DNA of 64,000 nucleotides from Vulcanimicrobiota bacterium (GTDB lineage Bacteria; Vulcanimicrobiota; Vulcanimicrobiia; Vulcanimicrobiales; Vulcanimicrobiaceae): NCBI GenBank assembly GCA_963695225.1, contig OY968762.1, positions 1,024,001 to 1,088,000 of the forward strand, read 5' to 3'. Shown piece by piece: positions 10,557 to 20,027 of this stretch (position 1 is its first letter; each line of letters starts with the position of its first letter). The notes under the pieces were generated by a model. It saw only the letters and a program-made list of their open reading frames with translations, ran no database searches and was not told where the DNA came from. The position numbers and the translations under genes were made by a program.

Positions 10557-11405
10557 ATGTTGAGATTCCTGAGATATCTCGCGTGTATCGCGGTGGTTCT
10601 TTTCGCGGCGAGCGCCATTCCCGCGGGTGCATCCTCGCCTGGTACGAGGATTGATTTTACTTCGCTCGATCCAAACCAGCCCTACAAGGTGTCGGGGACG
10701 CTGTACATGCCGGCAAAGACCTCGAGTCCGGTGCCGGCAGTCGTCTTGGTGCACGGGACCGACGGAATCGATTCCCGCGGGGCGTTGTACCGGGATCCGA
10801 TCGTCAATGCCGGGATTGCGGTCTTTGAAGTCGACTTCAAGACCGGGATCTACCACGGCCCGATGGATCGTCCGACGCAACCAAGGCTCCAGCCGATGGC
10901 CTTCGCGGCGTTGAAAGAGTTGCGCAAGCTGCCCGCCATCGACCCCAATCGCATCGGGATCATGGGATTCTCCATGGGCGGCGGCGTCACGCTCAGGGCG
11001 GCGCTGCAAAGCAACGTGAAACTCTGGATGGGAGACGAGAAAGGCTTCATCGCCCACGTCGCATTCTACCCGGTGAGCAAGCCGTTCATCTCGAATCTTG
11101 CAGAGCGCGGAGCCGCGCTGACCGGGGCGCCGATGATCGTCTTCTACGGGACGGAAGACTGCTACGGTGAGGGCACGGCGGTTCCCATGCTGAAGCGCTA
11201 CCTCGCGGCAAAGTTCAATTACGATTTGCCGACCGTTGAATACGCCGGCGCCACGCATGGATTCAATCGCAACGAACCCGCGATGCATTACCACGACCCA
11301 GCCGCCATCGGCGGGAACGGCTACATGGAGTGGAACGCGGATGCCGCGAACGATTCCGTGCCGAAAACCGTGGACTTCCTGCGTCGATCCTTAGCCGTCA
11401 AGTAG
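10557..11405 (+). CDS. Exported dienelactone-hydrolase-like alpha/beta hydrolase
   Basis: Signal peptide; PAVVLVHG, RIGIMGFSMGG (nucleophile elbow), FYP, GTED, YAGATHGF. Confidence 0.85.
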   Translation: MLRFLRYLACIAVVLFAASAIPAGASSPGTRIDFTSLDPNQPYKVSGTLYMPAKTSSPVPAVVLVHGTDGIDSRGALYRDPIVNAGIAVFEVDFKTGIYHGPMDRPTQPRLQPMAFAALKELRKLPAIDPNRIGIMGFSMGGGVTLRAALQSNVKLWMGDEKGFIAHVAFYPVSKPFISNLAERGAALTGAPMIVFYGTEDCYGEGTAVPMLKRYLAAKFNYDLPTVEYAGATHGFNRNEPAMHYHDPAAIGGNGYMEWNADAANDSVPKTVDFLRRSLAVK

Positions 11406-11450
11406 CCGCAAGCTCCGCTAGCCTCCGGTCCGCCGCGGCGCGATCGCACG

Positions 11451-13433
11451 TCAGCCGGAGGCTTTCAGGGCATTTCTGCCGCCGGCGATCTCCGCGGCGC
11501 ATCCGGCCGCGTCGGTCCAGGCGACGACGCCCTTCGGCATCCTCTCGGTCGCCGCGCGCAGGATGGCGGCGACGGGCGATTGCGCGTCGCGAACCGTGAC
11601 GACGAGCGTGTGGACCGCGCGCGTCAGCGGAATCAAGAGCCAGCGCCGCGCGACGGCCTCCGGATCGCCGTGCAGTTCGTCGCGATGGAAGTTCGGGTGG
11701 CGCAGCCTGTTCGCGTAGAGGTCGTCGAGATCGAGCGCGAGCGCGATCCAGCCTTCGAGCCCGCGGCACGAATCGTATTGGACGATCCGCCACAGGTCCG
11801 CATCCGCGGGCGCCGTCCCGCGCGTCTCGGGGTCGCTCGCGTCCCACGCGCGTCCGCCGGCCGCCGCGACGATCTCGGCGAACCGCGCGTGACGCCCACC
11901 GCCCGCATCGCGGACGATGTTCGACGGCGGCACGCAGACGAGGCAATCGACGGGATCGGCCTTTCCTTCCCGCGCGGCGACCGCGAGTGCGCGAACGAGC
12001 TCCGGCGAGGCGACGTCCTCACCCGCGGCGATGATGATGCGCCCGCCGGGGAGATCCTCGCGCGGCTCGACGTGCCAGCGCTCGAAGCCGGCCGCTCCGG
12101 CGAAGGCGTTCGCGAAGAGCGCGACGTTGCGCAGCATGCGCAGCGAGTCGCCCAGGACGCGGTTCGTCCGTTCGCTCTTCGGGATGCCCGTCAGCCAATC
12201 GCACGGCGTCTGCCGCCGGACGAGCTGGTCGATGCCGTCGGCGATCGCGATCCGGCGATGGCCGAAGAAATGCAAGATGAAATCGCGCTCCGCGTCGGTC
12301 CAGTCCTGGGCCTCGTCGATGAGGACGTGATCCCAATCGAAGCGCTCCGGGTCGCTCGCGCGCAGCAGCTTCGCCCACTCGCCGTCCGGTCCGCCGGCGA
12401 GCTTCGCGGTCGCCGCGCGCAAGGCGTCGTCGAGGTTCGCGAAGGCGATCGCGCCCTCGGGCGTCCGCGGAATTTCGAGCTCGAGCGCGCGGAGCGCGGC
12501 TAAGAGGAACTCGGTCATCGTCTCGACGTGCACGCGCGTTCCGAGGAGCGCCGGCGGATCGAGCAGCATGCGCTGCAGGTGCTCGATGTCGCCGCGCAGC
12601 GCGCGGTGGAACGTGAGCACGAGGACGCGTTCGCCGCGCATCGTCGCGAGGTCGGCGGCGAGGAGCGCGAGCGCCGTCGTCTTCCCGCTCCCGCCGCGGC
12701 CCGCAAGCCGGATGAGTTTGCTGCCCGCGTCCGCGGCGAGCGCCTTCACGATCTCCTTGCCGGCGGCGTCGCGCGCGAAACGTTCGGTGCGGACTTTGTC
12801 GCGCGCACTGACGGCGCGACGGTTGAGCAGCAGATCGCGAACCGCGCGGACTCCGGCGCGTTCCCGTTCGGTTGCGTCCTGGGGAAAGGCGCGTTGCCGT
12901 GCCGCCGCGTCGAGCATTGCGAACCAGCCGGCCTCGCGGCCGAGGACGCTGCTGCCGATCCCGGCGAGAGCGCGTTCGTCGACTTCGGTCAGCCACGCCA
13001 GGGCGTGCACGAAGAGCGCCTCGCAACCGTACTTCGACGCGAACGACTTGAGCGATTTCGCGGCGTCGTCCGCTTGCGAGGCGACGCTGCGCACTTCGTT
13101 GCGGCTCCCGTACTTCGCGAAGATCTGGTTCCCGATCGACTCGAAGCGCAGGCCGTCGAGCTGCTTGATCTCGAGTGCTATGAGCGCGGACTGCACCTCG
13201 CCGGGCGGCGACGTCGTGCCGTCGCGGCGCTTCATAGGCGGGATCACGCGCGGGCGCTCGAGATCGACGGCGATGACGACGTCGATATCTACCGGCGTGC
13301 GGACGCCGGCGAGGACGTCGATCCGCTCGGTTGCGCTCGCGGCAACGTCGGGCCAGGCCTGCCGGATCTGCGCGACGAGCCGTTCGGCGACGCGGGCCTC
13401 GTTCTGCGGCGAGATGAGATGGAGCGCGATCAT
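11451..13433 (-). CDS. SF1 (UvrD-like) helicase with an N-terminal NERD/PD-(D/E)xK-like nuclease domain
   Basis: Walker A GRGGSGKT, LVLTFH, Walker B IDEAQD, SCRGLEG, PLTRA; N-terminal DIDVVI...LEIK. Start refined to ATG 13433. Confidence 0.72.
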   Translation of the reverse strand: MIALHLISPQNEARVAERLVAQIRQAWPDVAASATERIDVLAGVRTPVDIDVVIAVDLERPRVIPPMKRRDGTTSPPGEVQSALIALEIKQLDGLRFESIGNQIFAKYGSRNEVRSVASQADDAAKSLKSFASKYGCEALFVHALAWLTEVDERALAGIGSSVLGREAGWFAMLDAAARQRAFPQDATERERAGVRAVRDLLLNRRAVSARDKVRTERFARDAAGKEIVKALAADAGSKLIRLAGRGGSGKTTALALLAADLATMRGERVLVLTFHRALRGDIEHLQRMLLDPPALLGTRVHVETMTEFLLAALRALELEIPRTPEGAIAFANLDDALRAATAKLAGGPDGEWAKLLRASDPERFDWDHVLIDEAQDWTDAERDFILHFFGHRRIAIADGIDQLVRRQTPCDWLTGIPKSERTNRVLGDSLRMLRNVALFANAFAGAAGFERWHVEPREDLPGGRIIIAAGEDVASPELVRALAVAAREGKADPVDCLVCVPPSNIVRDAGGGRHARFAEIVAAAGGRAWDASDPETRGTAPADADLWRIVQYDSCRGLEGWIALALDLDDLYANRLRHPNFHRDELHGDPEAVARRWLLIPLTRAVHTLVVTVRDAQSPVAAILRAATERMPKGVVAWTDAAGCAAEIAGGRNALKASG

Positions 13434-13650
13434 GCGGCGGCGGGCGCCTCGGCGCGCGCACATGTCAGCAGCGAGGCGGGCAAGAACGCTCTTACGGGCA
13501 TGCGTCGGATCTTCGCCAAAGCGTCCGCCGACTCTCGCCTCGCGATCCGCCTTTGCTCCGCCGGGCTCGTTCCCGTCAACCGCTGAGGCCATGACCAAGA
13601 AGGGATGCCTCTTGGTCCCCGTCAAGCCGTCGTCGACCGGAGGCTCCGAT

Positions 13651-14505
13651 ATGCGCCAAACGTACATCCATGGCTACGATCCGCGAGAAAACGAGCGTCT
13701 TGCGGATCAGGCTGGGACCCTCGTTGACTTGTTGCATTCCGATACGGCATACGCGAGCGGCAGCAACGTCCTCGAGGCCGGTTGCGGCGTCGGTGCGCAA
13801 ACGATCACCTTGGCGCGTCGCAGTCCGCACGCCCGGTTCACCTCCGTCGACATCTCTGCGGCATCGATCGCCGAGGCGCGGTAACGTGTAATCTCGGCCG
13901 GACTAACGAATGTCGAGTTCCGTCAAGCGAACATCTTCGGACTGCCGTTCGAGGCGGAGTCGTTCGATCATATCTTCGTGTGTTTCGTGCTCGAACATCT
14001 TGCGCGACCAAGCGACGCACTTGCGGCACTCACCCGAGTCCTCAAGCCCGGCGGAACCATAACCGTCATCGAAGGCGATCACGGATCGGCGTACTTCTAC
14101 CCCGATAGCGCCGCAGCCAACGCGGCGATCCAATGCCAGATCGCGTTGCAGGAGGCTGCCGGCGGGAATGCCCTCATCGGAAGGCAGCTGTATCCGTTAT
14201 TGGTTCAAGCGGGTCTAGACGAGGTTGAGGTATCACCGCGTATGGTGTACGTCGATGCGAGCCGGCCGGGGCTCGTCGACGGATTTACGAGGAAGACATT
14301 CACGGCAATGATCGAGGGCGTTCGCGAGACCGCCATCGCGGCGGGCCTCATCGAGCCGGAAGCCTTTGATGCCGGCGTGCGCGATCTTCATCGAACGGCG
14401 GAGCCTGACGGCGTCTTCTGTTACTGTTTCTTTAAGGGCATCGGGAGCAAGCCGGCACGACGCGAGGGCGCGGTTTCGGAGAGTTTACCGTCAACGAGCG
14501 AATGA
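13651..14505 (+). pseudogene. Class I SAM-dependent methyltransferase interrupted by an in-frame TAA at 13882-13884
   Basis: GGAGG RBS, then MRQTYIHGY...VLEAGCGVG...SIAEAR*RVISAGLTNVEFRQANIFGLPFEAESFDHIFVCFVLEHL...LKPGG. The reading frame is the same on both sides of the stop. Confidence 0.85.
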
Positions 14506-14567
14506 GCGAATCGCCGTTCAGAGTTGCGATGTCTTCGATGGACTCGAAGCCCAAGAAAGCGATGTGA

Positions 14568-14723
14568 TCGTGCGCGTTGGCCGCGCTTGTGCGTTCGCTT
14601 CGCGCCGATCCGCTCTACGCAAGAGCCGCGGCCGATAACATTGCTTCGATCCGTGTGCTGGAGAAGGCGGGCTCGGACATTACATGGAAGCACTTCACCA
14701 TCCTTCAGCCGGCGAACCGATGA
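14568..14723 (+). pseudogene. Remnant of a RimJ/RimL-type GNAT acetyltransferase
   Basis: The frame reads ALAALVRSLRADPLYARAAADNIASIRVLEKAG (GNAT C-terminal motif). It is preceded by TGA 14565-14567 and lacks an intact N-terminus. Confidence 0.6.
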
Positions 14724-14797
14724 TCATCACTATCGCTAACGAAAGGCACCGCTCATACCCGGCCTCAACGCCAGGGTTTCCGCGGCGTAATGCCACG

Positions 14798-15214
14798 ATG
14801 AGATACATCGTATGTGCGCTTATCTTTTGTCTAATGCCGATGGCGGCGAACGCATTTACTATTGAAAATGCAGCCGGCCAGCCAGGCAATCATGCAATCG
14901 GTGCGTTGTACTTCTTTACGAGTCAATGCATCAAGAAAGTGCAAGCAGCACCCCTCGACCAGAAAGAAACTGTTCAAGGAGCCTGCGAGAGCGATAATGC
15001 ATTAGAGAAGCCTCTTGCTGCAGGATATCACTTGCAAGTACTTTTCAAGACTTATCCGTGCGACACCAATGGAGGGTACGGGCTCAATTGGGACGACGGA
15101 AGTTGGCAAGATTACTTTGCAAACACATGTCAAGATGACATATGGGCAAAACCTCTCTATTCTGACGCAACCCACCCCGTTCCGCAAAAGAGCACCAAGC
15201 CGCTAAGAAAATGA
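14798..15214 (+). CDS. Hypothetical secreted protein (138 aa), low GC
   Basis: Signal peptide MRYIVCALIFCLMPMAANA|F and 4 Cys in the mature part. DNA is visibly AT-richer than the flanks; a T7 run follows at 15241. Confidence 0.65.
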   Translation: MRYIVCALIFCLMPMAANAFTIENAAGQPGNHAIGALYFFTSQCIKKVQAAPLDQKETVQGACESDNALEKPLAAGYHLQVLFKTYPCDTNGGYGLNWDDGSWQDYFANTCQDDIWAKPLYSDATHPVPQKSTKPLRK

Positions 15215-15261
15215 GCCGACGCAGCGTTGCTTACCCTCGCTTTTTTTGAAAGGATTACAAC

Positions 15262-15867
15262 CTAAGCGGGGATAGTCGCGTGCGCCGGGATGCGCAGTTT
15301 CACTTCGCCGAAGACGAGCTCGGGCGGATGCGCGAGGATGTCGCCGAGGTTCGCTTCGGCCCACGCGAGCGTCCGTTCCCGGGCGGCTTTCGCCGACGCC
15401 TCATCCGCGAACACGAGCAGCCAGACGATGGTGCCGTGACCGGCGTCGATCGCGCCGTGCGCCGCATACCCCGGCAGCTCGGCGATCGCGGGAATGTAGC
15501 CCTCTTGAATCCGCTTTTTCGCCTCCTCGGCCGCGCCCGGTTTGCACGCCTGCTGCCACACGAAGCCGTACCCGGAGTGCACGTGTTCCCTGACGTCGCG
15601 AAACGCGACCGGCCCTTCGCTGATCCGCGGGTGGCCGAGCTCCGTCGCGGCTTGATTCTCTCGGACCCAGCCCGCGGCGAGGTCGGCGCCCAGCTCGTCT
15701 TCGAAGACGCTCGCCGTGACCACGCCGTCGGGGCCTGCGTCGATCAATGTCCACGAGACGAAGCCCCAAGCGTGGCTGATGGGACGCATGAAACGCTCGC
15801 GCGTATGGCGGACGATCGCGTCGATCTGCCCGGGCTCGGTCTTGTAGTGCCGGACGATACCGAACAT
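15262..15867 (-). CDS. Tandem ABM-like (dimeric alpha/beta barrel) domain protein
   Basis: Two internal repeats of about 95 aa (PG..D/E...P.I....GF/Y......IDAG.....S/LVF.DE). Start refined to ATG 15867. Confidence 0.65.
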   Translation of the reverse strand: MFGIVRHYKTEPGQIDAIVRHTRERFMRPISHAWGFVSWTLIDAGPDGVVTASVFEDELGADLAAGWVRENQAATELGHPRISEGPVAFRDVREHVHSGYGFVWQQACKPGAAEEAKKRIQEGYIPAIAELPGYAAHGAIDAGHGTIVWLLVFADEASAKAARERTLAWAEANLGDILAHPPELVFGEVKLRIPAHATIPA

Positions 15868-16066
15868 CCAAAACCGCCTTTCGCGCCGCGCTAACGCGGC
15901 GCTCCCGATTCTTCGTGACCTGCCGACTCCGCCCCCCGGTCGGACCGCGCCCCCGAACGCTCTCGATCTATTCGAACGGGGACGACTTGTTTCGAGGAGA
16001 CGTCGTCCGCCCGGGAGGCCCGGCCGCCGTCGCCGGATCGCACGAGAACGACGTCTCCGGTCTGGC

Positions 16067-16345
16067 CTAGGATGCTTTCGCTTTGGCGAGTTCCTCGCGA
16101 ACGACCGTGCGAAGGCGCTCCTCAATGGGCACGGCCTCGCGAATCACTGCAGCGCGTAGCGCCTCGTTGATCGCGGTTTGGTATCCTCGTCCATCGCGCT
16201 CCGCGACAGCGCGAAAAGCATCCAGCACATCCGTATCGATGCAGATCGTGATGCGCGTCTTCCCCGGATTCGAAAGCACGGCGCCGCGTTTTGCGGTGCG
16301 GAAGTCGAATGCGGCTTCTTTCGCTGGGCTAGCGGCCTTCTTCAT
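16067..16345 (-). CDS. brnA: BrnA antitoxin (ribbon-helix-helix)
   Basis: KTRITICIDTDVLDAFR...GRGYQTAINEALR. Overlaps the brnT 3' end. Confidence 0.88.
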   Translation of the reverse strand: MKKAASPAKEAAFDFRTAKRGAVLSNPGKTRITICIDTDVLDAFRAVAERDGRGYQTAINEALRAAVIREAVPIEERLRTVVREELAKAKAS

Positions 16346-16607
16346 AGCACTGCCTTTCGCTCACACGGGCCTGCCGAGCCGATACCAGACGCACGACCTC
16401 TGCTCCATCGGGATACGTGTAGACGACGACTAGGACCCGGCCTTCCAGATCGCGCCCGATCGTGACGAAACGCTGCTCATCGTGGCGACGATCCTCAATC
16501 GTCAGTGCGTCGGGGTCATCTAACGCGGTTGCCGCGTCTGAAAAGCGGACACCGTGCTTGCGAATGTTTTCGCGCGCCTTCGCGGTGTCCCAAACAACGA
16601 TATACAT
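16329..16607 (-). CDS. brnT: BrnT ribonuclease toxin
   Basis: WDTAKARENIRKHGVRFSDA...EQRFVTIG...VLVVVYT...VRLVSARQA...ERQCY. Start uncertain (16607 or 16625). Confidence 0.88.
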   Translation of the reverse strand: MYIVVWDTAKARENIRKHGVRFSDAATALDDPDALTIEDRRHDEQRFVTIGRDLEGRVLVVVYTYPDGAEVVRLVSARQARVSERQCYEEGR

Positions 16608-16620
16608 ATAATATACATAT
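16600..16620 (-). promoter_or_regulatory. AT-rich tandem ATATACATAT repeat at the brnT start; putative promoter or antitoxin operator
   Basis: ATATACATAT occurs twice with an 11-nt period in a GC-rich background and overlaps the toxin start codon. Confidence 0.5.
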
Positions 16621-16876
16621 TCCATGGCCCGTGTCCAGGCCGGCTCCGCCTTCAAGCCAATCGCGACCCGCGACGATCTCGCTATGGACGCGAGAAGGTC
16701 GTGCCCCAAGGAAGCGAAGGTGGGGGCGGTCCTTTGAGTCTCCGTGTTGCGCCGGCGTCAACCCGCGCGACGGCGCGGCAGCCAGGCAGGTGGCACCCCA
16801 GAGCGTGGACCTACGCCATCGTCTTCAATCTGCACCAAGGGCAGCCGGCATCGACGTTCAGATGCAACGATGCGTG

Positions 16877-17779
16877 TCAGAGTTCCAGCGGCCACAGCCA
16901 CGCGGCGCCCCGTACGCCGCTTGAATCGGAATGCTGCGCCGGGCGGATCGGCGTATCGAACGCGTCGCTGAAGACGTAGCGCCGCATCAGGCGCGGCACC
17001 GCCGAATAGAGACCCGTCAGGTTCGAGAGACCGCCGCCTAAGACGATCGCATCGGGATCGAGGATGTTGACGACGTGCGCCAGGCCGCGCGCCAGCCGGT
17101 CGGCGTAGCGCTCGAGCTCTTCTTGCGCCTCCCCGTCACCGGCTGCCGCGGCAGCTGCGATCTGCGGCGCGGCGAGCACCCGGCCGGTGCGCTCGGCGAA
17201 CAGCTTCGCCATGCCGGGCCCCGAGAGGAACGTCTCGATGCAGCCGAATTTCCCGCAATAGCACCGGGGACCGGGCCGTTCGTCGTCCCGCGTCCACGGC
17301 AACGGATTGTGCCCCCACTCTCCCGCGATCGCATCGCGTCCCGTCAAAACGCGGCCGTCGACGACGATCCCGCCGCCGGTCCCGGTTCCGACGATCGCGC
17401 CGAAGACGACGCGCGCTCCCGCACCGGCACCGTCGCTTGCCTCAGAGAGCGCGAAGCAGTTCGCGTCGTTCGCAAGGCGGATGGGCCGCCCCAGCCGAGC
17501 CGCCAGATCCCGTTCGAGCGGCTTGCCGTTGAGCACCGTGCTGTTCGCGTTCTTGATCGTCCCGCTCGCGCGCGAGATCGCGCCGGGCGTGCCGATGCCG
17601 ATCGTGCCGCGCCGCCCCAACTCGGCTTCGGCGGAGGCGAACAGCGCCGCGACCGCTTCGAGCGTTGCTTCGTAGTCGCCGGCCGGCGTCGCGACGCGCC
17701 GGCGCAGCAAGACCGCGCCGTCGTCCGCGAGCGCGATGATCTCGATCTTCGTTCCGCCGAGGTCGACGCCGATCCGCAT
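16877..17779 (-). CDS. ROK family sugar kinase (Mak/fructokinase-like)
   Basis: MRIGVDLGGTK, NDANCFALSEA, GTGTGGG, AGEWGHNPLPW, CYCGKFGCIETFLSG, GVRGAAWLW. Confidence 0.92.
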   Translation of the reverse strand: MRIGVDLGGTKIEIIALADDGAVLLRRRVATPAGDYEATLEAVAALFASAEAELGRRGTIGIGTPGAISRASGTIKNANSTVLNGKPLERDLAARLGRPIRLANDANCFALSEASDGAGAGARVVFGAIVGTGTGGGIVVDGRVLTGRDAIAGEWGHNPLPWTRDDERPGPRCYCGKFGCIETFLSGPGMAKLFAERTGRVLAAPQIAAAAAAGDGEAQEELERYADRLARGLAHVVNILDPDAIVLGGGLSNLTGLYSAVPRLMRRYVFSDAFDTPIRPAQHSDSSGVRGAAWLWPLEL

Positions 17780-17796
17780 GCGAGCCGCCCGCGGGA

Positions 17797-19137
17797 TTAC
17801 GGTCGAACGGCGCGGGCGCCGGCGCTCGCGGCAGGCGCCGCGGGGCGCGCCTCGCCGCCGGTCGCCGGGCCGGCCGGTGCTCCCGCCGCCGCACCCGGCG
17901 CCGCAAGACGCCGGTGCGAGGCCGCCCAAACGAGCGCGATCAGCGCGAAGTTCGTCACGAGCGAGCTGCCGCCGTAGGAGATGAACGGCAGCGTTATGCC
18001 CGTCAACGGAAAGACTCCGAGCACGCCGCCGACGATGATGAACGTCTGAAAGCCGAACGTGGCTGCGAGCCCCGTCGCCAGCAGCTTCGCGTAGAGATCG
18101 GGGCGCGACGACGCGACGTCGAGCATGCGACGCACGACGAGCGCGAACGCGGCGATCAGCGCGAGCGCGCCGAGCAGGCCGAACTCTTCGCTCCAAGCGG
18201 CATAGGCGTAATCCGTTGCCACTTCGGGGATGAACGCAGGATGGCCGAGGCCGTACCCCGTCCCGAACGCGCCCCCGGCTGCAATCGAAAAATACCCTTG
18301 CAACGCTTGATAACCGTGCCCGAGCGGATCGGCGAAGGGATTCCGCCACGCCTCGTAGCGCACCGCGACGTAACTATAATTCCGCACGGCCCACGCGACG
18401 GCGGCGCCGAAGACGGCGGTCGCGCCGATCACGAGATCGACCCGCCGCGTCGCGACGTACAGCATCGAAAGGAACGTCGCGAGCAGCAGCATCGCCATGC
18501 CGATGTCGCGCTCGAAGACGAGGATCCCCATGGAAGTACCCCACCCGAGAAAGAGCGGGCCGAGGTACTTCGCGTTCGCGCGGATCGACCACGCCGGCGC
18601 TTCCGCGATCACGTCCGCCGTCTCGGCGAGATACCCCGCCATGAACAAGACGATGAACAGCTTGATCAGTTCGACCGGCTCGTATTGCAAAGGCCCGAGG
18701 CGAATCCAGAGCTTCGCTCCGTTCACTTCCTCGCCGAACAGCGCGAGCAGCGCGAACAGCACGATCGAACCGAGGACCCACACGTACTTGAAGGCCGCGA
18801 GCCGGCGGAAGCGCTCGAAGCCCCACGAGAGCGCGATCGCTCCGGCGAGCGCAAGCGCGAGCCACACTTCCTGACGGCGCGCGAGATCGGGGGAGAGGCG
18901 CGCGATCTGCGCGAGCCCAAACGCCGAGAGCACCACGGCGAGCGCCGGCAACACGTCGTCGCGGCGCCCGTCCCACGGCCGGCGCACGACCCATGCGACT
19001 GCGAGCAGCGCGAGCCCGGCCGGAATCCATGGCGATCCGAGCGCTCCCGCCGGCGCCGCCGCGAGCAGGTAACCGCCGAGGGCAAGCGCCGCCGCGAGCG
19101 GCGCAAGCGCGCGCAGGGGAAGAGCGAGCGCGTTCAA
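17797..19137 (-). CDS. rodA: SEDS family (RodA/FtsW) peptidoglycan glycosyltransferase
   Basis: VNGAKLWIRLGPLQYEPVELIK, ERDIG, GYQALQG, IPEVATDY, PLTGITLPFISYGGSS. The TTG start overlaps the PP2C stop. Confidence 0.9.
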   Translation of the reverse strand: MNALALPLRALAPLAAALALGGYLLAAAPAGALGSPWIPAGLALLAVAWVVRRPWDGRRDDVLPALAVVLSAFGLAQIARLSPDLARRQEVWLALALAGAIALSWGFERFRRLAAFKYVWVLGSIVLFALLALFGEEVNGAKLWIRLGPLQYEPVELIKLFIVLFMAGYLAETADVIAEAPAWSIRANAKYLGPLFLGWGTSMGILVFERDIGMAMLLLATFLSMLYVATRRVDLVIGATAVFGAAVAWAVRNYSYVAVRYEAWRNPFADPLGHGYQALQGYFSIAAGGAFGTGYGLGHPAFIPEVATDYAYAAWSEEFGLLGALALIAAFALVVRRMLDVASSRPDLYAKLLATGLAATFGFQTFIIVGGVLGVFPLTGITLPFISYGGSSLVTNFALIALVWAASHRRLAAPGAAAGAPAGPATGGEARPAAPAASAGARAVRP

Positions 19138-20027
19138 CGAGTCGCTTGCTGTTGCGTCGTCTGCGGGGGCGGGACCCACGCGGGACGTTCGAGCACGCAC
19201 CACGCTCCGATTGCCGCTGTGAGGATGACGGCGAGCCCGATCTGCAACCAGCGAAGCGGCGCGGGCGGCGCGTAGTCCGGGCTCGTGGCGAGCAGATCGC
19301 GCGCGATCACGAGCGTCGCGTTTTGCCGGATCCCGCGCGCCCGCACCATCTGCAACAGGCGCGCGACGGCGTCGCTCGAGTTCGAATCGTCGGAAAGCGC
19401 GAGCCCGAGCTCCTCCGTCCCGATCGTGCGATGGAACCCGTCCGTACAGAGCACGAGCCGGTCGCACGGCAGCAACTCCACGTGCGCGATGCTCGCCTCG
19501 AGCTTCGCCTGCGTGCCGAGGCTGCGCCACAACAAGCGGCCTCGGGGGCGTTGGCCCGCACCGATCGTCATGCTCGGGACGGCATCGAGCGTCATCGCAT
19601 CGTCGACCGTAAGCGCCTCGAGGCGGCCGAGCCGCAACAGATATGCGCGCGCGTCGCCGACGTGGCCGACGAACGCGTGCTCGCCGACCACGAGTGCGCC
19701 GGTGACGGAAGCCCCGTTCGCTACGAAATCCGCCGTGCTGCCGTTGAGTTCGAAGAGGCGCGCGTTCGCGAGCTCCAACGCCGCGAGCAGCAACGCTCGG
19801 ACGTGCGAAGGCGCGAGGACGCGCTCGTTGCTCACCGCGCTGCGCAGCTTGCGCCGCAGAAACTCGCGCATCGTCGAAAGCGCGAACGCGGCGACCGGGC
19901 CGGTCCGGCCGTTCGGTCCGAATCCGTCCGCAACGCAAAAGAAACTGACGTTCGGGCCGAGCGTTTCGCTGACGTGCGCGTCGCCGCCGCCGACGCCGCC
20001 CGGTTCGAACCCGACCGCTACGTCCAT
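19134..20027 (-). CDS. PP2C/PPM Ser/Thr phosphatase-like protein with C-terminal TM (PstP-like, degenerate active site)
   Basis: VADG, GHVGDARAY and LCTDG are present. The canonical RxxNED, DH and DNxT motifs are altered. Confidence 0.85.
   Translation of the reverse strand: MDVAVGFEPGGVGGGDAHVSETLGPNVSFFCVADGFGPNGRTGPVAAFALSTMREFLRRKLRSAVSNERVLAPSHVRALLLAALELANARLFELNGSTADFVANGASVTGALVVGEHAFVGHVGDARAYLLRLGRLEALTVDDAMTLDAVPSMTIGAGQRPRGRLLWRSLGTQAKLEASIAHVELLPCDRLVLCTDGFHRTIGTEELGLALSDDSNSSDAVARLLQMVRARGIRQNATLVIARDLLATSPDYAPPAPLRWLQIGLAVILTAAIGAWCVLERPAWVPPPQTTQQQATR

Noticed and set aside
13882..13884. Stop-codon recoding (Sec/Pyl) in the methyltransferase
   Set aside because: The codon is TAA, not TGA or TAG, and TAA ends other genes in this window. 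A nonsense mutation or sequencing error is simpler.
15221..15248. Terminator after the low-GC orphan gene
   Set aside because: A T7 run is present but the preceding stem is only about 4 bp, too weak to call.
13440..16870. Integrated mobile element or prophage
   Set aside because: No integrase, transposase, tRNA anchor or flanking direct repeats are visible; only a compositional anomaly.
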